Positions 1 to 13,500 of a stretch of DNA of 64,000 nucleotides are shown in pieces. Below the pieces are notes generated by a model that saw only the letters and a program-made list of their open reading frames with translations, had not been told where the DNA came from and searched no databases. Every line of letters begins with the position of its first letter. Positions within the stretch are counted from its first letter, which is position 1. The stretch comes from Callorhinchus milii. Taxonomy: Eukaryota. The stretch spans positions 9,362,001-9,426,000 of the forward strand of contig NW_024704751.1 of assembly GCF_018977255.1 (NCBI RefSeq). Direction: 5' to 3'. The position numbers and the translations under genes are program-made.

Positions 1-2695
1 GGAGAGTCCTGAAGGTGAGATCGATAGTCTGGAACTGCAAACTCCTGGAAAACCACAGCAAGCTCATTAGAGCAAAGGAAAATCAATACAGGGAGGGCAC
101 ATCAACTAGGTAATGCTACGAGCTTTAATTGTTACAGTGCACGAGGGGCCCACGAAAACCTTTATTCTTTTTAAAAAGAGTATAAAGAATACACTGCTTA
201 CAGAGGAGCAGCTTTGACAAGGTGTCCTGTCAGCCTCTCGCCTCTGTCAGAATGATGTGAGTTCCAGGCCCACGTCAAGACTTTGAACTGACAGTCCAGG
301 CTCACACTCCTACACAGTGCTCAGCGAGGGCTGTATTGTTGGAGGTCTTGTCCTTCAGTGGAGATGTTAAACCTAGGCCACGATCTGCCTGTTCAGGTGG
401 ATGGTAAAGATCCCATGGCACTATTAAGAAAAGAAGGGAGTTTCTCTAACCCCGTGCCATGGCCAACAATCCCCCAGATACAATGGTCATTCACTTCACG
501 GCTGTTTGTGGAACACTGCTGTGTGCAAATTGGCTGCCATGTTTACTTACAGAACACAGTCACGGCCCTTTTTAGCAACACTTTGGGAGACATCTTACCG
601 ATGTGAAAGACTCTATAATAAATGTAAGAATTATTACTACAGTGGAAGCCACTTTAACCGGACACCAGTTAACCTCGGACACCGGGTAAATTGGATAAAA
701 TGCGTTTGCATTCATTCTTACCCGTTATAAATATACCAGATAATCTGTACAACAATCTGATTAATCTGGACAAAATGCTGCGCTGGGGTGGCCGCTGAAC
801 GTACTCACTGGGGCCTTCTGCATCTCGAGCGGCTCCATTTGGCCATGAACGGCTCCTGGATGAAGACGGGAGGAGTCGAACCGCAATTGATTTGAACACC
901 GGGGCTCCAGCCGTCCGCGAGCGGCTGGGGATTGTCAATCGGGTGACGAGGGGGGACGGGGGTAACGACGCAGGAACGGGTAAGAAACAAGGGAGGGAAC
1001 GGAAGGAGTCAAATCACAGCCCGTGCCACTTGCGATTGGCTGGAGCCCATCCGTTCACAAGCGGCTCCAAGGCTGTCCGTCGCCTCGGAGTCACCCCCAA
1101 TTGGTTCCCTTCCCTTCAAATGGGAACAGCAATGGGAGGGTGGCAGAGCCGCTACTCTACTGGGCAGGAAGAGGTAATGCTATTTTGTTTAGCCTCAGAC
1201 AACCCCACCTCCATGTGTCCGGTTTCCACTGTATATTACTACAGAAATAACCGCTAGAGTAAAGAAGCTTTCTCCCCACCCACCCAATCATTCAGTAAGT
1301 GTTACCAGAGTAAAATCCCACTGAATGTCTCCCGATGTTTTATAGCATTGGTTGAATTTTGCTTTGTATAAGAAAACGAATCAAACGGCAAGGATTTAAA
1401 GGCTCGGGTTTTTGCCCCTCTCTTCCTGTGAACTTTGATGCAGTGAATTGCCAATATCAGACACTTAAAAGGTAGAGGTATGGATTACAAAGTTTACCAC
1501 GGGGTGGGGCGGGGGGTGAGAGAAGATCATTTTATAAGGTCAGAAATTATTCACACCAAATGGAATTCAGTACTGCGTAACACTTGACGGTTAGAAAGTC
1601 TGCACAGTTAACCACAAGAGGGGCGCAGCTAATGTCAACAAGACAGGTTCTCTAGCTTGGCTTCCGTCTGCGTCTTCTCACCACAGGCACTGAGCGCAGA
1701 GACCCTGAAACTAAACTCAACCAGGCTCTGAGACCTTGTAGAACAATCTCCAACTGTTGATGAAACCCAACATCTGAGCTCTCACACCATTGGCTTTTCC
1801 TATCCTTTATAATATTGTACACCATTATAACATCAATCACCACTATATCATTCTCCCTGGGACCCAATCCACACCTTCATCACCTTCCAGGCTTGATTAT
1901 TCCAACACCCAACTCACCGGACACCCTCACTCTGCCCGACACATCAAGAACTCTGAAGACTGTGTCCTCTCCTGCACCAAGCTCAGATAGCCCATCACTC
2001 CCATGGCGACTTGGCTCCACTGGCCCTTCATCCTCCAGCGGATCAAATGGAAAATTCTAGTCTTCACTTTCAAAAGCCTCCTCCGCCTCACCCTGTCCCC
2101 ATCTCTTCGACCCTACAAGTCGCTCCCTGTGCTCAGCAAACACCGCTTGACTGGTGGTACCCCACCTAACGACCCAATTTCGACTGCACTGTCAGCCATG
2201 ATCCCCGCCCCCACGTGCGTGAACTGCTTCGAGATGTTCTCTCGATGTGAGTGGCGCAATATAAATGTAAATTATTGTTAGTGCAGCAGAAATCTGGAAA
2301 TAAGACCAAACTATTTTGGCTCCATAACAAACTAAAAGCATAGACAGACACACTGAATTTGTAGCTGGTTCGCAGCACCACGAAGATGAAACAGAACTGT
2401 TGAAAATGAAACAGAATTCTGCAGAGGCTGCTCCCCCACCCCCTGAGCATGTTCACAGCAGACTGGATAACTTCACCATAACCACTAACGTGGATTCTCC
2501 TCCAGTGACGTTATTGGTTCACTGCAGTGTTAGAGAGACTCTGCCAACACCCTCTCCCTGACACGTGATGCGAGTTTACGTACTGTTGCTGTTACATACA
2601 TATCACCCGTGTGATCCGAGGCCAGACAAATTTCATATTGCATTTCCACCCTGTCTGTTGGTGCTTTCGGATAATCATTTGTGTTTGAGCCAAGG

Positions 2696-2738
<43 letters not shown>

Positions 2739-5700
2739 CAGACAACAACGGAAATACTACAGCAGACAAGCACCTCCTCCCAGCCATGCAAGGGTGAATC
2801 CACACACAATCAATGGTCATGAAAACTGCTCCCTAGCCATGTAACCAGGATTGCTAACAAAACCTCCACGGTCTCCCCGCTTTTGCCCCACACACACTGT
2901 ACACACAATAATTTGGTCAGTCAATCCACGACTGTCTGTGGGACACTGCTGTGCGCAATTGGCTGCCGCGCTTCGCATTTCCACAAAATATAGTCAATTC
3001 ACTTTACAACGTATTCTGTGAACCCCTTTGAGACGTCATGAAGATGTGATAAGGCGCTATATGAAATGCAAGGATTATTATTATTATTATATACAGATGC
3101 TATAGCCACTTCTGTAAATACGAATAAATCATTGTAGTTAGGGAATTTCAAACCAGTGTTTGGGAGGAGTGAGGAGGCAAATTATTACAGCCGGAGGGAA
3201 TTAAAATCTGGGACAATATAATCAGGCAGAGTAATTGCCAATTAATGCACTTTTATATAAGCAGAACAATGACAAAGCACGGCAGTACCTTAGCCTAAAC
3301 CTTTTTTGGAGAGGTAAGCATTTGTGTGAAGAACATGCCTTTTTCCCCCTCCAGACCGCGAAAAGAACTGCACAATATTTTAATGCATAAAAAGAAATCA
3401 GGAGTGAAATCGTTAGAGCTTTAGAAACCGGACACCGGTGCCTGTGGGAAGGACCCTGATCTAAAGCAGAGACTACCATCACACAGGTCTCTCTATCTTC
3501 TTCAACACCCGACTTCCCCCCACACTCAGAGTCCTTTACTGAAACTCACGATGAACTAATATGGACTAAACAAGCATAAATTGTTATTTGAGTCACAAGG
3601 AGTTCTTAGATGTCTAAATTTACCCAACGCTTTGCTATTATTTACACAACCGATAAAAGGTTCTCTGTCTGGGGCAAGGGGGGGTCAGTCCAACTGGAAT
3701 GCCTTATCGTCAGAGCTTTCTGACCTCTGATTTTTCCCAAGAATGCTTCTGCATATCCAAAATAAATGGCAGCTTCCACTTCACTCACCCACTCTTCAAA
3801 CGCCAAATCACTCAAGATTAACCCTTGATTAATTTGATTTAATTTGATTTAGCGCCTTATCGCGTCTTCCAAGAAGTCTCAAAGCGCTTCACAGAATATA
3901 CTGTGAATATAATGTGAGGTGAGTCGCCTATGTGTTTTGTGGGCGAAACGCAGCAGCCAATTGCGCACAGCAGCGTCCCACAAACAGTCGTGGATGGAGT
4001 GACCAATTTTTTTTTATGTGTAAGGATTACTCTCAGAAAAACAATACACCAATCGACTAACAACCGGGTTCCTACTTACTGCTCGGCAAACAGAGGTGCG
4101 TGGAGTAAGCAAACTTGCCCGACTTTTCACCTTGCCCGGGAATCAAATCCAGGTACTCTCGCTTGCGAGGCGAGTGCTCTAACCCAAAGCTACAGAACTC
4201 CACAAAATAAACATGTTGGTCACAGAATCCTACAACTGGACTCTCCCAGTGACTCAGCAGGAGTATTCAATGAGTAGCTTAGCCACACAGACTCAGAAAA
4301 TCCCTGGTCAATTCTTAGTCTGTACTTCATTAGCTGATCTCACCTGGATCTAGCAATGCTATAATTGGTTTCAGTGGCCTGGGGCAGGGAAGGTGTCTTT
4401 AAAAACACACAGGATTTCCTATCCTGCTATCAAAAATAGTGCTGCCTGCTGGAAACGCATTTGAGTGGCACGTCAAATGATAAAAGGATCTGGCTTGGCT
4501 GTGATATCTTCCCCAATAGAATAGTCTACAATCGCCCACTGGCTGTTGCACTCACACACATGAATAACTGTTGCTCAATTATCACTAACTACAACAACAA
4601 GATTACATTTGTATAACGCCTTTCACATCGGGAGGACGTCCCAAGGCACTGGTCAGTGTACCAGAGGTTGGGGGCAGAGTGACTGAAGGCTCTCCCGCCA
4701 ATGGTGGGGCGGGTGGTCAGGGGACGTGGAGCAGGCCGGAGCTGGCTAAGCGGAGGGAGCGGGTTGGTTTAATAATAATTTATAACTAAATAGTTTAATA
4801 AACTAACTGAGACTAGCCCAAATAAAAAGAACTGGAACCCAGTCAGGGCACTAACACTCTCCTACAGGAGAGTAGGGAAGAGGGCAAAAAGTCAATAAGC
4901 AAAAGAAACAAACCACATTACTGATGCCCCGATATTGCCACTCAAAAAAGGCTGTTCCTGGGTTCTAAAGATGACACCACTTAAAGAGGCTTTGCCATGG
5001 AAGCCATTCTTAAATTAAGCATAATAGTCAATAGCTTCCCTATATTTCACCTCTTCCTAAAGTCTGTTTCCAAAAAATATTGGTTCCATTTTCCACGCTG
5101 AACATTTATTTTTCCCTTAACATCCTGTCACGTTTTACAAAGACTATATTCGGGCAAGTTGTAAATACAATTAGGTTTTCAAGTTTTGTCTCTTGCTCCT
5201 CCCAATCCAAATGCATCTCTTCCTACTCTGTGCTGAAATCAAGGCGCTATTCTTACTATTGCTCTCCCAAGAGCTCAAATTGTGCACTGTCTTCCCTCAG
5301 TTTCCTCTTCCTGTAAACTAATGACTTTGAAAACCCATATTTAACTGGTTGTTGGCTTACTTTCAAAATACAGTCAATTCACTTTACAGTGTATTCTGTG
5401 AAGCGCTTGATGTCTCAAAGATGTGATCAGCTGCTCTGTCAAATGCAAAGATTATTATTGTACTTTTCAACCTTGGTTACCATATTCTCCTGAGCTTCTC
5501 AAGTTCTTCCAAAAAAACATCTAAAGCGTTAACTGTGTTACCACAGTATCAGTCCACAAATGACAGCCATCTGTTGAGCCTTGACCCGTACTTTTCTACG
5601 GATTTCCATGGAGGTAACATGAATGTTTGGCTGAACCTGCAGCATCGATGTTCCAACAATCTATTTCTCAATTTGAGGTCAATAGCTTTCAGTACATTTG

Positions 5701-7584
5701 AAAACTAAACAAGCGCTCATTACAGTTTACTCTGATTAAGAGGTCAGAACCACAGCAACATTCATTCTGCTGCCAAACATCTTGCGTGCAAAGCATTTTG
5801 TTCTGTACAAAAGGGAAACAAAAACAATTGCAGAATTTCTGGACTAGACACGGTTAAATGGATTAATGAATACATATCACAGTGTATCTGTATTCCGGGA
5901 ATCTGGAGTAATGGGACTAAGCAAACGTTAGGAAGCAGTACTGCAGGTGTAGGGAGCATTCTTGCACATTGAGAGTCTGTATTTCAGTGATTTCTAAAGC
6001 ATTTTATTGTTACATTCACCACTGATAGATTCACCATTACATTCACCGCTATTAACTAGTTGCATGAGCAATTTGCATGAAGAATGTCCTTTGGCTCATT
6101 TGATCTTATCCTCTAACAGGACGGGGCCCCACGTCCCAGTGAATCTGCTCCCCCAACAATCAAACCACACAACAAACCCTTCTCACCACAAACCAAATCC
6201 CGCCACAACAATCCAGAGGCAGGACAGAGACCAAGGCAATCAGTGGATCAGGAACCCATTCATTCACTGCAGATAATTTGTCTCTAAACAGGGCTTTCTA
6301 CTTAGAAGCTGGAGGACCAACAACCAAGCCAGGCCAGCAGCTAACACAAGCTTAACAGGAAAGGGAATCCCATGAATACAAAATACTGTTTTCCTTACTT
6401 TAAATATAAACAGAGTTCAGGCAATTTCAGAAAAATTGTCATAAACAACCAAATGAAATTTTAGTCATAAAAAAAGCACGGAAATCATGTACCATTGTTC
6501 GAAAAGGACAAGATGAAATTTCTACAAGCCGATGGGCAAAAACAAGCAGAAGACCACAGCTCTTCCCATTCAGCTCCTGCTAATCTCCATACCAAAGCCT
6601 TAATGGACAAAAGCAGGAAGCTTGCCAGACAGTGTTCAGTTTAAGCACCTTGGGACGTCCTCCTGACGTAAAAGGTGTTGCTGTATAAATATACATTGTA
6701 TTATTCACAACAGCAAGCTGCACAGTTAAGACTGCAGAAGTACCCCAACACCCACTCCACACAACTCAATTGAAGGCTTACCAACTGCAAAGTTTCCAGT
6801 GTTAAGTGAGAAAGCCACGCCCCTCAGTTGACATGCGGGTGAAATATTCAGTAGTTTGGACCCTCTTAAGCATGATGATGGGTCGAATTCAAGATCCTCA
6901 TCCTCACCTACAAGGCCATTCACGGCCTTGCTCCCTTCTACCTCTCCGACCTACTATCCCCCTACCTACCTGCCCGTACCCTCCGTTCCTCTGGCTCTGG
7001 TCTGCTCCACATCTCCTGCCCCAACCGCCCTACCATCGGTGGTCGGGCCTTCAGCCTCTCAGCCCCCAGGCTCTGGAACTCTATCCCCCAGTGCCTTCGC
7101 CGCTTCCTCCCTTTCCTCCTTCAAGGCCGGTCTCAAGACCTTTCTCTTTGACCGTGCCTTCAGCTCCCCTCTCGACTCTCTACCCCCTCCTCGCTCCCTC
7201 CCCTCACCCTGACCATTTCCCCCCTGCTTGGGTCCCGACCCAACTGTCCAGCGCCTTGGGACGTCCTCCCGATGTGAAGGGCACTCTATAAATGGAATCT
7301 TGTTGTTGTTGTTGATGGGTTTCTGCTTGTGTTAGACACCCAGGAGAGAACAAACAGAGACCATACAAGACCAGCAGGAATCCCTGGTATCCTGTGAAGC
7401 GCTTTGAGACGTCTCAACGACGTGATAAGGCACTATATCAAATGGAAGGATTATTTTTGTTATTCTTATAGCCTACCTGCTGGTGTCTGCTGTTGGAGAA
7501 GGTGTATTGTACAGCATGTGCTGGAAACCGGTTCGGTTCTGCACTGAATGGGCCCTGGCCTGTAGGGTAGCCTGAACTTGACAT
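1..7584 (-). CDS. NCOR1: Nuclear receptor corepressor 1, 5' part; coding exons 7584-7477 and 44-1 (continues beyond the left edge)
   Basis: Minus strand 7584-7477 translates MSSSGYPTGQGPFSAEPNRFPAHAVQYTFSNSRHQQ, followed by a GTAGG donor. The next exon starts after a CAG acceptor at 45-47 and reads EFAVPDYRSHLQDS. Both match the known NCOR1 N-terminus (MSSSGYPPNQGAFSTEQSRYP...RHQQ|EFAVPDYRS). The acceptor of the ATG exon is at 7658-7660. Confidence 0.96.
260..637 (+). mobile_element. Old Deu-domain SINE (SacSINE1/AmnSINE1-like); related copies at about 8965-9415 (+), 10470-10905 (-), 51745-51960 (+), 63140-63530 (+)
   Basis: Contains GAGATGTTAAACCTAGG...CTGTTCAGGTGGATGGTAAAGATCCCATGGCACT...GGCCAACA, resembling the Deu domain from memory, followed by an L2-type tail. 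The same blocks recur at the listed positions. Confidence 0.65.
640..1231. mobile_element. Non-autonomous Tc1/mariner (Tigger/pogo-like) MITE
   Basis: TA|CAGTGGAA...CCGGACAC at the left end and GTGTCCGG-TTTCCACTG|TA at the right end: inverted termini flanked by TA. No transposase ORF. Confidence 0.7.
1770..2280 (+). mobile_element. Decayed L2 LINE 3' fragment
   Basis: Remnant RT C-terminal motifs (RLDYSN, HITP, LHWP...RIKWKILVFTFKSL) followed by an L2-type tail. Confidence 0.7.
2697..2737 (+). repeat. (CA)n microsatellite
   Basis: About 20 uninterrupted AC units. Confidence 0.95.
3845..4201 (-). mobile_element. tRNA-derived SINE, long subtype
   Basis: Reverse complement gives GGAGTTCTGTAGCTT...GGTTAGAGCACTCGC head, AGCAGTAAGTAGGAACCCGG insert and GTGAAGCGCTTTGAGAC tail. 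Confidence 0.85.
4240..4900 (+). mobile_element. Older unclassified tRNA-like SINE with an embedded L2 fragment; related pieces at about 11090-11250, 21240-21380, 23620-23700 (-)
   Basis: Shared block CCCTGGTCAATT...GTCTGT...TTAGCTGATCTCA...ATTGG...CAGTG.CCCTGGG recurs in reverse orientation elsewhere. An antisense L2 tail lies at 4590-4770. Confidence 0.45.
6900..7313 (+). mobile_element. L2 LINE 3' end; similar at 20530-20948 (+), 31670-32080 (-), 48960-49172 (+), 55400-55620 (+)
   Basis: KILILTYKA...GRAFS...P.LWNSL...SSFKAGLKTFLFDRAF, then GCGCCTTGGGACGTCCTCCCGA.GTGAAAGGCGCTATA and a (TTG)n tail. Confidence 0.85.
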
Positions 7585-10500
7585 TTTCAGAGAATCAGTC
7601 AGTCAAAAGCCAGCTGGGAATCAAGGTCACCACGTGATCATGTTTCTTGGAAACCACCTGAAAAAAAAGATGCAAAGAAAATACATCAGGCGAGTGCTGA
7701 GACCCTGCTAATGGATGTTTTTTTTCCACATCTTCCAGTCGCCACTTAACCCTCCCACTATTGAAGGTCCTTTCAGCTGCAATAAAGATGCCTCATGACT
7801 CAAATAACATTTCTGTCAATTCTCTTTATTGTTAGCATTACAATGCAGCACATCTCTTCGAATAATGGACCAGTACTGAATAGACGTAACCTTGCCAGTC
7901 ACTGTTGTTGTACAATGTTAAGGCATTCCAAGAGTTACACAGTTCTTCTGTACAAGATTTGAAGCTTCACGTTTACAACAATTCAGAATTAACATAAAAG
8001 GCGTATTTCTGCTCAACACTCCTTCAAACTCGTATTGTAGAAGCTTTGTGATTATATTTCTGGGCCCTTTCCTCATTTTGCTGAAGTACTAATACGCCCA
8101 TCTTTCCAAAACACTGAAAAGTTATAACTGGGCTGAGAATAAACCCTATTTAAGCCCTCCTCACACTGTGCTCCTTCCCTTACAGTGCTGTAAATAGCTT
8201 CACTGAACTGTAGGACTTTAGGGTAAAATCCACAAAAAAATCAAATGGCTTTTTATTAAATGAATTACAATAAAATAACATTCCTGCATTTGATATCGCA
8301 CCTTCCCACCTCGTCAAGAGCTTCTGAAGCAAAGTACTTCACAGGATTCACTGTAAAGTGTAGTGACTGTATTTGTGAGCCAATTTCTACATAGAAATCC
8401 CCCCATAAAACAACCATGAAGTGAATGACCAATTTTATTTGGTGAATTGTTGTCCAGGACACCAGGAAAAACTCCAGGAGAATTAGTCGTTGAGGACCAG
8501 AAAGCTTGTTGGTAAAAAGGAATACTATAAAATCATCAATATTGCTCAGAACTGATTTTTAATAATATTTTAGAAGGATTTGGTGGGGCACTGAGACATC
8601 TATTAAACCCTCCTCATGGTGTGCTACCTTTCTCGCTGGACACCATTTAAAATCTGCATTCTCTCGGATGATGGGATACGTTTATGTGTAATCCATTAGC
8701 CAACCTCAGCAGATAATCAGGCCATTCGCAGTACTCAGCTGCTAATCTGTTCTCTGCAGGCTTTCCAGACGTCTGCTTTTGGGTTTCCCTCATAATTTAC
8801 ACTGGATGCATCCAGCCGTGCCCAGTCAGCAATTGCTTTCACATTTACTGCGAACGGCTCATGGTCACTGTACAAGGAGTAAATTCACGCGGGGCAGTGT
8901 CTTGAAGGGCTTAACACTGGCTCTGAACCCTGGTCAGAGATGGTCACCCCCAATATCAACTTGCTATGAGCTTGGCTCAGTCAGTAGCACTGTTCCCTCT
9001 GCATGAAGGTTGTGGATTGAAGCGCCTTGGGACGTCGTCCTGTCGTGAAAGGGACTATACAAATGTAATTTGTTGTTGTTTGTGGAGTTGTTGACGGCCC
9101 ACCTTGGGTTTTAAGCCTAATAAATAGGGAGCACTGCAGTGAGGAAAGCACTGTCCTTTAGGAGATGTTAAAACTGAGGTCATGTTTGCCTGTTCAGGTA
9201 GACGTTAGTGATCCAGTTATATTGTGGGGAAAAAAGAAGGGGTTTCTTGTGGGGCACTAGCCAAAAGCCATCAAGAAAAATGGGTCATTCACTTCATTGT
9301 GTCCTGCACAAAATGGCCACTTTGTTTGCCTACAAATAGTCACTAAAGTTCACAGCAATTGCCAGTGAAACATTTTGTGACGTGATGGGTGCTATATCAA
9401 ATGTAAGGATTATTAGCCTAACTGTGCAGTACATCTCTCCCTCTACCTAACTCACATCAATCTTTGGATGGGTCTAATCACTCTGTTGCCCTTTTAATCA
9501 TTTCTTATTTCTCTACACATCTCCAACATCCCCCCCACCCCACCAACAGTCTGTTCATGTCTGTCCTCCCTTTATCCCTACTTTATCCCTTTATCTTCTC
9601 CTCCCCCACGGGCTCCAAAACGTGACCCTTCCCCCACCCCCAACCCCACAGCCCCTCGGCCTTCAGGATCTCTGAAAGCCTCCACGTTAATATTGATAAA
9701 CTTGCTATATGATCTGGAACAAACGCACCTTTGGAACAGGTTTTCTTCTACCGCCGGTGAGAAGAAGTGACTTTTACCGAAATTTCTAGCTGCATTTCAA
9801 CCTACGTGAACCTTGGCAACCAAAGCCCCGTCAATTTCTGTCCACCCCAAAAAGAAATCGTACCTGCACAAAAACACATTTTTCAACTTTCAGTGAAGAC
9901 ATACAGTTAAACGCTGACAACACTGACAAGCTGAGCTGCTCTTCTGGCCAGCATGGATTCCAGTCCTGAGCTTGATTAAACACAGCAACAGTCAGATTCA
10001 ATGCAACTGCATTACATTTAAAGGAACAGCACACATAGATGGTTTTGCCTTTTGGCTTGGTGCCTTGGCATTAGCATCTGCTGAGCACATGTTGATGAAA
10101 TGAGTTTCAGAACAGCTGCCTCTTCAGAAATAAACACAAAGAAAGAGACAGACAGATTCTGTCCCACGTCACACAGTGTCAAACACAGCGACTCGTTGTT
10201 ATGGAAACTCGGCAAATCAATTGCACACTTCCTGGTTGCCTACAAATGAACTTACTACTTCTGAGGAACAAACTTGGTGAATTATTCTAAAGACGCATTT
10301 TAGTTTCTTTCATACAGATTCCCACTAATATATTTTCTCTCCTCTTTCTTCCCCTCCTAAGTCCTAGATATAATGGAGGTCAGTGTCAGAGCTGCGCAAT
10401 CTAATCACAACCTCAACCATTTATACCAAGAGAATTAATACTATGCAAGAGATTATACAATAACAATATTATTTGCATTTGATATAGCGGCTTTCACATC

Positions 10501-13500
10501 AGGTGGATGTCTCAAAGTGCTTCACAGGATTTGCTGTATAGGTTAGTGACTGTTTTTGTAGGTGAACATGGCAGCCAATTTGCACACTGCAATATCTGAC
10601 AAACAGGCCACAAAGTGAATGACCAATTTATACTTGGGAGATTGTTAGCCAGGACACCAGGAGAAACTCCCTTCACTTTTCAGATAGTGCTATGAAATCT
10701 TCGAAATCTACCTGAACAGGCAGACAGTAACTTCGATCAACATCTCATCCAAAGAATGACACCTCCGACAATGCAGCACTCATCCAGCACTATATTGCAG
10801 TGTCAGACTAGAGTGAGTTATAAAGTCCTGACCCGGACTCAGAACCAACCTTCTGACAAGACATGATCTTCAGAGGCAAGAGTGCTACCAACTGAGGCAC
10901 ATTAACGCTCTCTCCCTCTCCTCCCACTTATCGCCTCTTCTAAAACTATGGGTGTTGTGTTATAGGCTCTTGGGCTCTTCTTATCCTGGTTCACAGAGCA
11001 CTGTTCAATTGTGGGGGCTTCATAGCCAAGCTCTATCTTACACTCAATGTCCAAACTCAAGCACTTACCCGAGATCACTGGGGGACAAACCCTAGCTGAT
11101 TTCCCCCCACACTAGCTCAAGAACACGGGGAGCAACTGCAACAGCCAAGTCCAACTCCCTTTCCCACTTTCTCGGTTGAGGTCACAAACTCAGGAAATCC
11201 AAGAGCAAAACCAGAGGCCCCTCTGAACTCTTTTGGTTCAGTTCAGCACCACCTTGTTTCTTTAAAGAAGAACGTTACCTTGCATTCAGAGTCCCAGCTC
11301 GAGTTAATATGCCTAACTCCCCAGGTTAATCTTCCAAATCTCAAGAGTACCAAACTCAGCGCATGATATCATACGTTAGGATGGTAGTGATGCAGGATTC
11401 AGCACGACTGGAGCCTTTTGTGTCTACAACCAATATTAACAGACCCACAAAAGTTAAACATATACCAGTGCATCGTTCTTGAAACTAGGCAGTCAATCCT
11501 ATGGCGGCAGCTTTGATGTGCAATGGATTGTGTTCGACTGGAGCTGACACAGCACTAACCCTTATAATGACAGTTAAATAAGGGTAGGACAAAGCGCACG
11601 CAGCTTATTTAACCCATGGTGATAAAGTACTGTTTCAAATATTAAATTGAAAACTGTGTCTGTCATATATTTTTCGCCCCTGAAATATACAGTCAATTCA
11701 CTTTACAGTATATTCTGTGAAGCGCTTTGAGACATTTCAAAGACGTGATAAGGCGCGATATCAAATGCAAGGATTATTATTATTATCCACTTTCTGCCAG
11801 AAACCTCTAAAATAATTGCAAATGAAAGAATGAGACATTTTAAGAAAACACTGAAAGACACCAGATGTGGGTAGTCCTGTTTATGGTGCAATGCAGCAGT
11901 GTAGACAAGAGAGAGGTGGACGGAGTGAGCTGGTCCTAGTCCAGTAAATGAAACGGGATTCAATTAAAAACCTCTTCCACAGTAACCCCAACAATAACAG
12001 ACCGGTGAGGAGCGAATTGGAACATCGAGTTAGGAGATGATGAATGCGCAGATAATATAAATGCGAGTTGTTGTTGTGAAGCACTTTGAGATGTCCTCCC
12101 AAAGTGAAAGGTGCTATACAATGCTGAGTATTTTTTTATAATTTATTAAGGCACTATGTATTTTTATTTTGATTGCAATGATTGGGCTGCAGAAGCCCTT
12201 TGCAGCAGGGACCAAGAAATGAAATACACGCAGAATTTTAAAACTTACAATCACGAACCACAAATCCAATAAACAATGTGTCTAGTTTTTAATTGAATTA
12301 CATTGCAAAACTCCCGTCACATTTGTATTGCTACCACTGATGTTGGTATCAACTGCGCTGGAATAAGGTTCGTCAATCCTTTTGGGATGAAGGCAAATAC
12401 ACACATCTGTAAAACTCCAAAGCACACTTCCATCACTAAGTCACAAGAGAGGTTTGGATGAAGCAGCCCATTTGATCACATCCTTCCTGAGCACCAACTC
12501 TATCATCTTTCCATTCCAGCATTAAGATGCGTTTTTAAATGAGTCCAATATCATGCCCTCTACTCCCTCTTTCTGACATGTTCCAGTTGTTGTTTTTCTT
12601 CTGTGAAAAGAAACTGCTCCCACTTCCACATCCTAAAATTGTACTTTACACCTGAACCTGTCTCTTGTCCTGTAACCTTGATATACTTGAAATTATTGGT
12701 CTGGGCTTACTCTCCCTATACTGTTAAGCATCTTATACAGTAAAACTCACAGAAGTCATATCAGTTGGGACCATAAGACTTAATATGAGTTACGCAAAGG
12801 TTTCTATGGTTTAATCCTCTTTCAGATTATCCAGCATTCTGACACGCAGACACAGATTTGCTCCTGATTCAGGAACAATTTTCCTCAACAATTGTAGTAA
12901 AAACAATGGGACTAAATTCAATGTTCCATAAGCCTTCATTAAAAATGTGTGGATGTGGCAGAGGTCCACAAATTGCATACTATACTGATTTTAGTCCCAG
13001 GGCCACTCATTTCTTCCTCCTCCTCATCATCATAACATTCTGGTTCAGAGTTAAATACTCAAATGTTTAAGATACCAATTGTTTTAATCCAATATAAGAC
13101 CACTGATTTAACAAGCATAGTCACCAGAAATCATTAATTATTCATGCCCATTCTTATTCAAGTTGTAGGCTTGAAATGATTATATATTTTGTGAAGCGCT
13201 TCAAGACGTCTCAATGACATGATAACGCCCTATATCAAATGCAAGTTTTTTTTTATTATTGTTATATGCTTTTCCTCAAGAGACATATGCATGTTCTTCT
13301 ACGTATATGGCTTCAACATTCTTAACTTCAATTCAAGGACAATAGCTGTCTGGTCTAACCACCTGTCTGCCACCAAATCCTGGACGAGACCTATACCTCC
13401 GTTAACAAGACTGAGGGCATCTTGTTTGCCTCTCATCATCACAACCCACTTAAATCTGACTCTAATTCCTATAAATTCCCCATTTGCTTAACCAGGTAAC

